64,000 nt of DNA, taken from contig OZ025673.1 of the NCBI GenBank assembly GCA_964019335.1, positions 186,001 to 250,000 on the forward strand, read 5' to 3'. The position numbers and the translations under genes are program-made. Source of the DNA: Diplonema japonicum. Its lineage: Eukaryota; Protista; Euglenozoa: Diplonemea. The number at the start of each line of letters is the position of its first letter. Within the stretch, counting starts at the first letter, position 1. Of this stretch, positions 40,734-52,665 are shown piece after piece. The notes below the pieces were generated by a model. The model made no database searches and was not told the origin of the DNA. It was given only the letters and a program-made list of their open reading frames with translations.

Positions 40734-41525
40734 CTATACTGTGTACGGTTCCTTCACTATGTTATCGTAGAGGGGGTGGTAGGATGCGGGACCGGGGAGG
40801 CGGCGCTGCCTTCGGAGGTCCATGCCGCACACGACTTGAGTGAGGTTACGGTGTGAGACAGGGATACGAACTGGCAGGCGCGCAGTGCTAGGGGGGTGAA
40901 AGATGTAAGACCCAGGGCCAGGGTTAGGATCGGGCTTGTATTTATCTAAATCACGAATAACTCTACTAAAAGCACCCCCTCTTGCCCGTGGGGGTGAGGG
41001 GATGATATAAGTGCCAGGAGCAGGCTGTTTGGACAGTGTCGCAAAGGGCCTTCCATCAAGGTTCTCTTTCCACTGTCTGCCGCTGTTTTGGAGTCGGGCA
41101 CATGGGCTGAAGGAGGACTCGTTGGCGTCCCACAGGCGGGGGACCCGGTAGCTTGCAGGGCCTGGCAGTGTGCTGCCCTTGTCATACTCCCTGAGGCTGT
41201 GCTGATTGTTGACATTAATCATGTTTAGGTGTCTTGGTTTCTTCGCACCGAAGGCGACTCTCTTCTCGTCTTTTGAAGCCTCGTCTTGCTCTTTGTTGTT
41301 GGCGTACCACCCTGGGCCAGGGAAGTCATTTCGCAAATCGTCTTCGTTCAGCGCCCGTCGGTTGTCCTTCGAGATTGCGTGCCGCTTCGTCGATCGAACA
41401 GCAGGGGGCTGCGGGTGGTACGCCCCTGGTCCAGGAATGTCACCGACCTGTCCATTGTTCTGCGGGCAACAAAATCTCTTCAAATTCGCATCCTTGAGAA
41501 ATGTCCTTTCCGCCTTGCTGAACAT
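40734..41525 (-). CDS. SHIPPO/ODF3-type PGP-repeat flagellar protein
   Basis: Six PGPGxY/PGPAxY/PAPGxY repeats. Confidence 0.85.
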   Translation of the reverse strand: MFSKAERTFLKDANLKRFCCPQNNGQVGDIPGPGAYHPQPPAVRSTKRHAISKDNRRALNEDDLRNDFPGPGWYANNKEQDEASKDEKRVAFGAKKPRHLNMINVNNQHSLREYDKGSTLPGPASYRVPRLWDANESSFSPCARLQNSGRQWKENLDGRPFATLSKQPAPGTYIIPSPPRARGGAFSRVIRDLDKYKPDPNPGPGSYIFHPPSTARLPVRIPVSHRNLTQVVCGMDLRRQRRLPGPASYHPLYDNIVKEPYTV

Positions 41526-41658
41526 CCCCCCCCCCCCCCCCCCGCCCTTGTTTCCTGCACGTGTTTATTTTATGGAAAAAAGGGGGAGAGAGAAATAGTG
41601 GAAACCAAAGACTGAACATTCTTTTTTTTTCAAAAAAAACCAATACCCCCCCTTTTTT

Positions 41659-42936
41659 TTACATTACAGGTATCCCTGCAGAGGTCATCCTCGTGCTGTC
41701 CTCTTTTTTTTTCAGGGTGCGGAGCTGCTGCACGATTACCTTTTTCTGTCCTTCTGCGATCTCCATTTTCCTGGTCCAGTTGGCCGCGGCCTTTTCGAGT
41801 TCATAGAGCTGGGTTTTTTTTTTTTTTTTTTTTTTTTTTTCCCTCCAAAATACCTCAGCTTTCTGTTGTATGTAGTCTTCCACTTTAGGTACCTTGACAG
41901 CTTCGTGTTGGAGACGAAGCGCGACGTTTTTTCGCTCTGCGGCCTCGCGCTCCTGGACCACGTGTTGGATGTTCTTCTGAAGCGACTCGAGGTGGCCTTG
42001 CTTCAGAGCGATTTCTTTTTTGAGAATGGTTTGCTCCTGGGTGTACTTGTTGAGCTTCTCTGTGAGCGTGTTCATCGTCTGCACAGTGTTCCCGGTAGTC
42101 AGCTTCAGCTTCACGAGCTCTTTGTTCTTCTGCTCGATGCGTTCAAGGAACTGCTGGTTTTCAATCTTCAACTGGTCGAAGTCAATGGGCGCAAGCACCT
42201 CACCCATGTCCTCTCGCTGCTTCAGCTGATGCTCATGTTTGCTTATCTGAGATTTCAAGGCCGAGTGTTTCCCGCGTAGCTTTGCGGTATGCCGTTCCTT
42301 CTCCTTCAGTTTTTCCTCGAAATATTTCAACAGTTTCTCTGCCACAATGTTCCTGTCGCCTACTTCTCTGTTGAAGTCGAATGAGTCTTTCCTCGTCTCC
42401 GCAATTCGTACCTCGGCTTCCTCTATGCACGCTCTGATCAGTTCTAAAGACCTTTCCATGTCCTTATCCTCTCGTTCTTTTTCTTTCTTTAAGTTCTCCA
42501 TCTCCGAGTTTACGATGTGCTGCTTGTCGTCTAAGGATAGCAATATGTCTTTTTGTGTGCTGCTTTGTCTCCTTCCTTTGGTATGGCCCTTCTGACGGGT
42601 CTTGGCAGGCACGCCTTGTTGTTGGCCCGACTCCATGAAGCTTTCCAACCCGTAGCTTGCGACGTAGTCGTCTCCGTATTCCCCTACTTCCCGCCCGCCC
42701 GCCATTTGCTGGTCCTGCTGTCTTTTATAGTATTTTTTGAAACACTCCAGTTCCTCTTCCAGCAAATCGTTGTCGCCCACGAGCAAGTCGAACTCCTCTT
42801 GGACCCTCCCTGTGTCTGCGAGGTCCATGTCATCCACCGACATGTACTCATCCTTCCCATTCCTGTACAGCTTACAGGTCGACAACATCTGCGCGCCTGT
42901 CTTCGTCATCTTTGGAACGAACCTGTATGTACGCAT
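41659..42936 (-). CDS. CCDC113: CCDC113 (CFAP263, DUF4201) axonemal coiled-coil protein; 2 exons
   Basis: DFDQLKIENQQFLERIE..N.EL.KLKLTTGNT and WTRKMEIAE. In-frame intron 41853-41809 removes VFWREK8TQ. The exact start codon is uncertain. Confidence 0.9.
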   Translation of the reverse strand: MRTYRFVPKMTKTGAQMLSTCKLYRNGKDEYMSVDDMDLADTGRVQEEFDLLVGDNDLLEEELECFKKYYKRQQDQQMAGGREVGEYGDDYVASYGLESFMESGQQQGVPAKTRQKGHTKGRRQSSTQKDILLSLDDKQHIVNSEMENLKKEKEREDKDMERSLELIRACIEEAEVRIAETRKDSFDFNREVGDRNIVAEKLLKYFEEKLKEKERHTAKLRGKHSALKSQISKHEHQLKQREDMGEVLAPIDFDQLKIENQQFLERIEQKNKELVKLKLTTGNTVQTMNTLTEKLNKYTQEQTILKKEIALKQGHLESLQKNIQHVVQEREAAERKNVALRLQHEAVKVPKVEDYIQQKAEVFWREKKKKKKKKTQLYELEKAAANWTRKMEIAEGQKKVIVQQLRTLKKKEDSTRMTSAGIPVM

Positions 42937-43081
42937 TAAATCAGATAAATGGTTGCGGCGGTTAATACATATGATCGTGATGAGTTGGTAGCAGAAGGAA
43001 AAGAGGGGGTGGGGGGGGAGGGGAGGGGGGGTGATGCGGAATTATTTCTCTCTTTTTTTCTCTCTCCGTAGAAAAGAAACA

Positions 43082-46000
43082 CTACTTCATGAACCCTGCG
43101 ATGTCCTCGCCTGTGAGCTGCGAGCATGTCTTCACCAAGTCCACCGCCAGCTTGCTGACCGACGGGTCGTCATCGTCGAGTGCCTCGGACAGCGTCTGCA
43201 GCAACTCTGCGATGACGGCAGCAGCGAACTCCTGGCCCACACCGACGTACAGAGCCTTGAGGGTACCCAGAGCAGTGTGCCTCACGATAGGGTCGTTGGA
43301 GAATCTGTACACCCCAATGACCTGCTTCTGTATCTTATTCCACAGCTGCCTGTCCTCCACATCCAAGCACAGCCTCACCAACAGCGGTCTAATCAGGTCT
43401 TCGCACACCTGCGAGTACCCGGACACCTGCGTCACGTCCTCATCACTAAATGCTAGCTGTTGGGTGTCGTTGTTACGTGGCATAGCCATCTCCCATACCT
43501 CCCTGTCAAGCTCCGACTTGTTCCCCAACTGATGGATTGCGGTGGTGATCATTAACATCGCCAACTCGCTGTTTCTTGCGATCACCTGATCGTGTGGTTT
43601 TCTTTTTTCTAAAGCACTGCATACCGTGTCGCTGTCGTCCTCAACACAAGTCTTCATGAGCTGCACAGCAAGCACCGTAGCGGTGACAGCCATGATGGTG
43701 GGCTTCTTGTACCCCCTGATGGTGTCCACGTACTCACACAGTTGGGGGAGGAATGTTCTAAACATAGGGCAGAACAAGGTGCCAAGCGCAGCCTGCATTC
43801 TGGTGATAACGACGCAGAAGGCCACCAGTTGCCTCTGGTCGGAGAGGGCAGCGTTTTCGCGATCGTACGCGAAGACAGGCGACTCGATCTGCAGGCGTGT
43901 GTGTGGGGTTGATGGTGGCTGAACATACCGCTCCAAGACACAGCGTCAACCTCTTGGCGTCCAGCTTCATAGCCAGAGCAGTGATGGCGTCACCCATGGA
44001 CTTCAGAACAGGTATCTGAACAAGACCTTCTTCCGTGTACGCCTTCATGCTGGACACAACAACGCCCATCATAACCTCCATGCGCGACAGGACCTGAGTG
44101 GGTGGGCGTACTATGGTGTAACATACCTCGTTCATGGGTGTCTCTGTGATGATCTCGCCCACCGCAGCCCACAGCATGGGGTGCGAGGCAGCCTCCGTTG
44201 ACATCGAACTCAGCGTCTGTATTATTTAGTTCGGTTTAATAATTTGTGCATACCGCAGTCACGGACGGGAAGAGCAGCCTTGCCTCGGCGTGTTTGATCA
44301 GCGCCTTCAGCAGTTTCTCGGAGTGCTCGGGGGCGACCGTCACTGTGCCCGCAGCAGTCGCGATCTTGAGCAGCGGGGTGAAGTAGGGGGACATGTAGCG
44401 CGAGATGGAGGTGATGATCTTTGCAAAAGAAGAGCAGCAGCTCTGAATAAGCAGCCGGAGGGCCGGCTTGGGGGTGGCGAAACCGCACTTGGAGGCAACA
44501 GCGACAGACTCGTCACACACCTCAAGCAACAGTGGGATTACAACAGGGAGATGTTCCAACGTGAGGGCCTCGATCTCGTGGCAGATGTGACCGAAGGTGA
44601 GCAACGCAGATGAAGCCACAGCCATGCCTGGCGCCTCGGACCTCTGGATGCAAGGGATGTACTGCTTCACCAATCGGGAGAGGGGCGGCAGGAAGTGCGC
44701 AAAACTCCTGGGGTGGTAAGGGGCGAGGTACCTTGCAAGGATCTCCAGTGTCCACAGCGATGACTGGATACCAATGGCATCGACTGTTGCATCGTCTTGG
44801 CTGCCAGCAGGCTTTTCTGTGTTCATCGTGGTGGCTGCGTCGATGGCGTCCTTCAGCTCGGGGAGCATCGTGATGAAGCAGTGCATCTCCTTGTCGCTCA
44901 TGTTCGAGCCGTAGTTGTCAAGCTTGCTGTTGAACAGCTTCAGGCCAAGCGCGCGGAGCTCCATGCTGCCATCCTCCAGAAGCGTGCGAGTAGCAGCAAC
45001 GAAGACTGCAATGGGCATGACGTCGATGGCTGCCACGAGAAGCTGCTTCACACGCTGCACACACGAGATCCTCAAGTCGAACAGATCCTCTTCGATACCC
45101 ACATCGGCCTTCTCAGCATCGGACAGTGTGCTGCTGGCCTCGTCGTCTTCATCCTCCTCTTCTTCCTCCTGACTCTCAGGCATAGCCTGGTCCTCCTCAT
45201 CATCAGTGTCGTCTGTGCCTGTCGGGGCGTGCTCTTTGTACATCTGCAGCAAGCACATGAACAGGTCGCTGAAGCTGAGGTAGTACTCCGGCTCGTCGTC
45301 CTCCACCTCCTCTTCGTCAAGCACCTTGTCGATGAACTCATCGCTCACCATGTGGCGCAGTGAGAACAGTACGACCCTCAGTGTGATCTGCTCGGACGAC
45401 AAGCTCGACGGGTGGCAGTCGCTCAGAGCATTCAGAAGCTTTTCTTCCTCCGGGGCAGCCACGCTGTCGGAGACTGTCAGGTGGAGCAGCTTGTTCAGAG
45501 CAACAAGCTGGTAGTGAATATTGCAGCGCGACAGAAGCTTGTGGCAGGCAGAGAGAGCCGCCTCGTTGATGCCCCTGCGCGAAGCATAGCTGTACAGCAC
45601 GATGTGGATGAGCGTGACAAGAGTGTTGCCGTCCTTCGAATGGAGCATCCCAGGGATGAGGTTCGTGAGCATCTCGTCAAGCAGGTCGTCGACATCAGGC
45701 ACACCGACGGCGGTCACCACAAATCGAAGGCACGATGTGTACACCACCTTCGGGTCCACCCCCATCAGGGACTTGAACACCTTGAGCCCTTCTTTCCTTG
45801 TAGCGCTCGAAGTGCTTATCAACACCTCCACAAATTCTTCAAAGTCAACCATGAATACGCCATTAACAGATTTCAGTGCTTCGTGTTTCCTGTCTTTCGC
45901 AGTGATTTTGGGGATAAGGGTGTCCATGTGGGGATTCTCGACCCCCTTTGCACACACTGCCACCTCTGCTGCGCAGTTTGCAAGAATCGTGACGAACAGG

Positions 46001-49000
46001 TGCATGAGATACTCACTCCTGTCGGATTTTCTCTTAATGCTTTCAACACGCAGACACCTCCACATAAGTGACCCGACAGCAAGAGGGTCTTGGCCTGTCA
46101 GAGGTGCACCAATACCAGGGTGCAGCAGTACCAACGCCTCCGCAACGCTTGTGAGCCCTAAGTTGTTTGCCTCGTCGTCTTTGCTCCTCTTCCCTGTTGG
46201 GCCATCCCCACCAGACCTCTTCCTCTTGGACGTCGTTGCTTCTTCTTCGCTAGACTCGTCTTCCTTGTTGTCGGATGCCTCGGGCTGCGGAATGTTCAGG
46301 GGTGCTTTCGAAACCAGGGATTTGCTCCACTTGCTGGCTGTCTGTGTCGCAAAGCTTCTGATGTACTGACCGAGCACCGGACCGCAGGCAGCGAGAATTT
46401 CCCTGCCGGCAGCATGCCCCGAGCTTACCAGGGCCAGAAGCGATGTGATCCACTGCTGCTTTTCAGGTTCACTGAAGGCGGTGAAAAGGGTGTCGAAACC
46501 CCCCACCATTTTGCCCTGGTCCACAATGACAGACGCGACCAGGTCGGGAAGGGATATGAAGCTTCCCGCAGTCGCTGCCGATGAGGAGTGCGCCCATTTG
46601 CTCGACGCCCTGCCAGTCACCTGGATAGGGGTCACGGACTCCAGACACTTGCAAAGCACCTCGAAGACTATGGTCCTGTCTGGAAGCTTTTTCCACGTTG
46701 CTGCCTCCATGTCCCAAATGGCCCTGAAAGCGCCCACAGCAGCAGCGCAAAGCAACCCCAATTCGTGGTTAAGCGAAGTATCCTTTTCGACTACGCTCTT
46801 CAGGCACGGGATGAGGCCCCTCAGCTTCGTCATGTCCACCACCTCTTGCACTACGCTGCCGAAGGTTCCTAGGTTCATCAGCAGTGCACTGCTGCACAGC
46901 TCGTTGGTGATCGCCGAAGTGAGGATCTGCGGCATGATGCTCTCCAGAGTTTCTGCCTGCATGTCAGTCACACGCTGCTTGAGGTTCGTAAGGAATGTTG
47001 CCATTTCTCCCTTGGCGGCCTTGGCCAGGGCGATAATGAGCCCCGACAAACTGGACAGCACAGCAGAGTCCCGCTGCCTGTTGTACAGCAAGCAAAGCAG
47101 CGCAGCGATAAGCTGGGACATGTTGCCCTTCTTGTCGACAAGGCTGAGCGCCACATTAACGGAAGCCACAACCACGGGAGAAGGGATGTCGGGGATTGTC
47201 CAGATGCCAGACAGCAGCACAGCGGCATGCGGCGAGGACTTCAGGAAGGAAGTCGCTACGGCCTGGCTGTGCTCGTAGACGTTGGGGTCGGTGCCCGCCA
47301 TGAAGATGAGGTTGAAGCAGTCCGATAGCACCTTGGAGGACAGCTCGTCTGTCAGCTGCTCGACATGTTTCGGCGACGTGAGGAACTGCAGGAACATAAG
47401 GTAGCTGTACTTAATCCTTTCCTGCGCCAAAGTTGTGGGGGCCGACACCGCTTTCTCGAAGAAGCTGCCGTCCGGCTTGCTGCTCAACTTGTTGGAAAGC
47501 TTCACCTGCGTAAACACAGCCTCCATGTGATCCCTGCACTGGCAGAACAGCTCCAAGGGCTTGATGTCCTGAACACCCTCGGTGGCGACAAGCAAGCAGT
47601 GTGTGATCTCGTCTTCGTAGATCAGCACCTCATTCATGTTCGCGTTCTTTCTGTTTCGGAGTGCAAGGGCTTTCTTGGCGCATTCTTCATGGTGCTTGGC
47701 GTAAGTGGCACCTGCAGAGGTTGCCTTCACAAGTGCACGCACGTGGGCGGAAAAGCTCAACACACTGTTAGTGGTCACTTCCATCGATTTCCCGAGTTTT
47801 TTAAGGTGTGCAGGCTTTGCTGCTGTGAGGGCTTCCTTGGCTGCTGTGAGGGCCTTGACCTCTGTTTTGCTAGTGTGCAACATCGTGGACTGCAGCATGC
47901 AGGTCAGAAGGACAAGTGCGGTGTGGTCATCGGTGTTCTTCGCGACCGCTGCAACGAGGGTGGACACAACAGAGGGCGCCACCTTGGAAGGCTTGGGGTA
48001 TGTGTGGCGTCTGGCAAGGTTGCTCAGGACGGACACAAGTGCCTTGTAGTCGACGAGGTCGCACAGATCACGCTCAGAGAGAAGGGCAGTCAGGACACTG
48101 GCATCCTCTTCGATGTCGAGCATGTGCACGAGCAGCTTCTTCAGCTCAGTGTCCTTCGTCTTCCTAACCACGTTGACCAGCTCCTCAGCAGACATCTTCC
48201 TTACATTCGCTTCGTGGTGCAGGCAACCCACTGTAAGCGAGAACTGCCCTTCATCACTGCTCACAGGTTGGTGTCTTGTCCCCTTGAAGCCTTCCTTCAT
48301 CCATTTGAAAATCTTGTTCTTGTCATCCTGCTTGAACGTTTGCAGCGCTGTCTTCACGGCATCGTCGAACCCCTTGCAGCAGTGCTTCTCGAACATCACC
48401 AAAATCTCCGTCACGATGTGCTGCTGGCTGCCCTCGAGAATTTGGTTCAGGCAGTGAAGGGAGAGGACCCGCCCCACCTTCTCAGTGAAGTCAATAGTCT
48501 CCATAAGAGCCTTGAGGTTGCCCATACGCTTTCCGCCTGATGCGATGCCATCTCCGATCATGTACTTCAGGATGAGCACGACAAAAGAAGCGCCTTCCAC
48601 GCTGTGCTGCAGCTGAGTGAGCTCCTTGAATAGCGTAGACCATCTGAAGTGGAGAAGCTTCATGACACGGGCCTTCTTGACGACAGTAGTAGGGGTGAAC
48701 TGGGAGGCGACGATCGACATGACTTTGATGAGTTGTGCGGGGGGGGTGACGGGGCGGGACGAACTGTTTTCGTTCATAAGCTGCGACAGCTTGAGGAATG
48801 TGTTGACGCAGAGCTGCTCGGACAAGGGCGTCGTGGCGAACAGAGTTGCGATGACGGTGTGGCCAGACGCCTGGGCGTCGAGGGTGGTTCCGTTGGTGAT
48901 GAGATACTCCGCGACAGGGAGGACTGCGGTGACGAGACGGTCATCAATGTTCTTGCCCTTCGCATGCAGAGTGTGGATGACCTCAACAACTATACCGTTG

Positions 49001-49629
49001 AAGAGGTTAAGCAGCGAGGGGTGCGTGGTCTCCCTGTCGCACGCGCTCACAAGGTAGTCACCAATCGCAATAAGAATGCTCTGGTCATCGAATATATGCT
49101 GGACAAGCACGCTTCTCGTCAACGTGCAGCCCTCTCTCTGAAGCCTGGTGAGGAACTCCCAACGGGTACGCCTAAGGGGGAGAAGCTGCACAAGACGAGG
49201 GAAGTAGAGGTGATCGTGGTACGGCATGACCATCCTCAGAACCTGTTCTGTCAGCACAATGTGGATCTCGTAGTGCCGAAGTAGGTACTCGAACGCCTCA
49301 TGCGCGCAGGCCTGCATGAAGTACGGGGACAGCAACCACAGAAACATATCCATCTCCTTGTCAACTGCCTCCGCATCTTCAGGCACCATCGTTTGCCTGT
49401 CAGTCCCAACACTCTCCTCGTCGTACAGAGTACTGAAGAAATGGTTGAACCTGCTATCCAGCTGTGCCAGCCCCTTCAACCCCCGCAGCCCAATCTTGTA
49501 ACATTGCTCCGTTGTCACTTCCTGTGCCACCTCATCTGTAAACAGAAAACTCGCTACCTTCCTGAGCCGTGTCTCATGACGGTGCCCTGATGCTAATTTG
49601 TTCAGCTGCTGCTGAAGTGATGATACCAT
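43082..49629 (-). CDS. UTP10: U3 snoRNP protein Utp10/HEATR1; 4 exons, about 2145 aa
   Basis: N-terminus SLQQQL..ASFLF, LSPYFM..AFEYLLRHYEIH, MPYHD..F.RLVQLL; BP28CT-like C-terminus. Introns 44253-44217, 44126-44094 and 43928-43889, all GTATG..CAG. Confidence 0.93.
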
Positions 49630-49747
49630 GATGCTTTTTCTTTAAAAAACAGAAACCCCGTGTGGTGTGTGTCTGTGGAGGATTTTCTTTTTTTTTATAT
49701 ATGTCTAGAAAAGAAAGGGGGGGGGGGAATAAAAGAAAGAAACATGT

Positions 49748-51415
49748 TCATGTGAACCCCCGCTTCCTCCACACCCACTGCAGGAATGTTTGCTCGGTTT
49801 TCTCGAGGTCGTGCCGTGTTGCTGCCTTGCAGAGCGCGTCCTTGAGAGGCTGCGTTAAGGTCGAGAGCCTGTAATGAGAGTAGGCCAAGGGGAGCACGTC
49901 CTTCTTCGGAATGAGAGATGTCAGTAAAGGGGGCACGCATGACGTAGCGAAGATAGGCGGCGGCTTGCACCGTGCCTTGGAGAGAGACCACGCGAGGGAT
50001 GTCTGTGCCTGAAGGGAAAGCCCTGTAGAGCACGCATGTTCTGCAGCAAGTGAGTACCCGGACTGCGTGCTTAGAAGGAGACGTGATGCGCCCCACACTG
50101 CCCGTACTGCGTCTTCTCCATTGCACTCTGCCACCCATTTCATATTTTTCACAAAGCTGCGCAGGGGTTTTGGTATGCTGCTGCGTTGTCCCTCGAACTT
50201 TGCACCAAAGCACCACAGAAGCCCGCTTTTCTCGTCCCCTGTGAGGTTTTCCACATCGTCAGCCTCGCAACCCTCGAGCCAGGTTCTTAGCCCTGCGCAT
50301 TGATCCCACGCACCGCCTTTTGCGACGGCTATCAACGTCTTCGCCTTCTCAGAGGCGTTCCCCTTTGAGAGCACCACCGCCAAGGCTGCCTCCAAGTCGC
50401 TCGCAGAATGCCCCATGCGAACCCATGACGTGCACACCGTCACTGCCAGTGACGGCTCGTATGCATCCATACCACGCATGGCGTCTTTCGCGCCAGCAAG
50501 CAGCCCCTTAGGCATCCGGATGCCCACCTGCGAGTATGCCCACAATGCCCTTGCAAAGGCACCGTGCGAGGCAAACACGTCCCCCGGGCTGGGCGGGTCG
50601 GTGAAGGCCCACACAACAACGTCCAACAGGAAATCCTGCCATTTGGCAGCCGCCCACAGAAGCACAGCGTGGTGCGACGGGGGGACGTTCCTGAAGCCCT
50701 CCTGCACCAACACACTGCAGATCCTTGTGTCCTTGGCGTCCGCGAGGATCATGACGGAGATGAACCGCAGCCGTTCGATGGTACTGAGGCGCAGGACGGC
50801 TGGGTCGAGAGTAGCCAGCACACCATGCACAGCAGAAGGGCCAATGGTCTTGTGCAGGACCCACAGGCTGCTCCCAAGGGTGGCGCTGTCCTCGGAGCGG
50901 TTCCACATAAGGCACATCTGGGTATAAATGGCTTCAAAAAGGGCGGCAGAGGTCCCACGAAGAGTGTGGTAGGACACAGCAGACACAAGCAGGAGCTGTG
51001 GGGTGGCAGGGACGGGGTACATGGAAAGACCAGAGGTGATCTGAAGTGCCATGCTGTCAAGGAATCTATTGGAAACAGGTACTGTGGCTGTTGAAAAGTA
51101 CGAGAAGACAAGGCACGCATTGGAGAGTGATAGAACGTTGGCTTTTGTTACGTTTCGGCCTTCAGCTTCAAACCATTTCAACACGGAACTGGGGTCTACC
51201 ACTGTAGCTGCTTCGTTGTTGCATTCCTTGCGCTTGGGTGGGCTGGACAAGGCGGTCGACATCATGTTTACAAAGCCAGGGCTTTCACCCTTGGGGACGC
51301 GAAGCCACCCTTTGTATATCCCCTTCTTTAATTCTGCTGCACGAATCTTGTCCTTCCCAAATGACAACGGGAGCTTGCCGCTGATGGCTTTTGCAGTTTT
51401 TAGGTAGCGTGGCAT
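49748..51415 (-). CDS. Helical-repeat (OPR/HPR-like) protein, possibly mitochondrial RNA-binding
   Basis: Basic N-terminus; recurrent LWA-type helices (LLWAAAK, ALWAYSQVG, LAWSLSKA). The family call is tentative. Confidence 0.75.
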   Translation of the reverse strand: MPRYLKTAKAISGKLPLSFGKDKIRAAELKKGIYKGWLRVPKGESPGFVNMMSTALSSPPKRKECNNEAATVVDPSSVLKWFEAEGRNVTKANVLSLSNACLVFSYFSTATVPVSNRFLDSMALQITSGLSMYPVPATPQLLLVSAVSYHTLRGTSAALFEAIYTQMCLMWNRSEDSATLGSSLWVLHKTIGPSAVHGVLATLDPAVLRLSTIERLRFISVMILADAKDTRICSVLVQEGFRNVPPSHHAVLLWAAAKWQDFLLDVVVWAFTDPPSPGDVFASHGAFARALWAYSQVGIRMPKGLLAGAKDAMRGMDAYEPSLAVTVCTSWVRMGHSASDLEAALAVVLSKGNASEKAKTLIAVAKGGAWDQCAGLRTWLEGCEADDVENLTGDEKSGLLWCFGAKFEGQRSSIPKPLRSFVKNMKWVAECNGEDAVRAVWGASRLLLSTQSGYSLAAEHACSTGLSLQAQTSLAWSLSKARCKPPPIFATSCVPPLLTSLIPKKDVLPLAYSHYRLSTLTQPLKDALCKAATRHDLEKTEQTFLQWVWRKRGFT

Positions 51416-52665
51416 ATTTGGTATTTGTTCTTTTTTTTTGGTTTACATTTTTTTTTTTTTTGCCACTCTCTTCCTTTTTTGAGATTTCTTTTTTCTTTTG
51501 TGATCAAACTGATAACAAATAAAAAGATGAACGATAATAATAAAAAGGAGGGGGGGGAAGAAAAAAAGATTGAAAAATGGGGGGAAAAAAAACCTTTTCT
51601 TTTTTTTTTTAATTTATTTTCTTCGCCTTCGCCCCAAAATGGGGTTCCACAATTGCAAAATCTCTCTTTTTTCTTTTTTTTTTTTAAATCGAAAGGTGGG
51701 CGAGACAGTATACTATTCTTTTTTTTAAGAAAAAAAAATATAAAAATAAAAAACTAAGCTTCCAGTGAGGGAAAAAAAAAAACGCTTTTTTTTCCCCCCC
51801 CGTCTTTCTCATTTTTTGTCTTCAAAAAACCCCCCCTAAAAAAAAGAAAAACAAAAGAATACACTACCTTTCTTCTTTTCTTTCTTCCCCCCTTTTCTTT
51901 AACACCTCACCATTCAGGGGGAGAAGGGGAAAACCAAGGAGGGGGGGGGGGGGGGGGGCGAAGATATGATAAGTACTTAGCAGCAACTTCCCTGTTTTTT
52001 TTTCTTTTTTTCTTTTCACTGTTTGCAAGGAGTTGCTCTAAAGTACTGACAATTATTGTCAATTGTCAGAAACACTCTTTTTTACGGGTTTTCATTTCTT
52101 TTTTTTTTTAAAATTTTAAAAAAAAAAAATCTACTTTATTACCTTATTGAAGAATACTCGACGGGGGATGTAAAGAAAAAACTTAAAAAGGTGAGGGGGG
52201 AAAAGGATAAGAAATGGCAACACAGGCCACTCTGAAAGCATAAGAGAGAAAGAAGAAGGAAAAAAAAAAGAGGACGAGATTCCATTATCTATTTTTTTTT
52301 TTTTTAAATTTTTCTTTCTCGTTTCCCCATTCCTCCTCTCCAGTTTAAGAAAAACGATTTTTCTTTTTCTTTTTTTTTAAAAAAGAATATGGAAATAAGT
52401 AGACAAAAGAAAATGAAGAAAACTACTCTTTTTTTTCAAATTAATTCGTCAATTTCTTTTTTTTTTTTTTTGTCGCTTAGAAAAAAAAAAAAAAATACGT
52501 GTACAAGTGAAATATGTCGGACTGTCAGTGCGGCATTTTTTTTCAATTTACAGTATTTATTTCTCATCAAAAAAAAAATGTTCTTTGTTTTTTTTTTTTC
52601 CTTTTTTTTTTTTTCAGTTGTTCGATTTCTTTTTTTTTTTTTTTTGCCTTATTTTTCCATAATAC

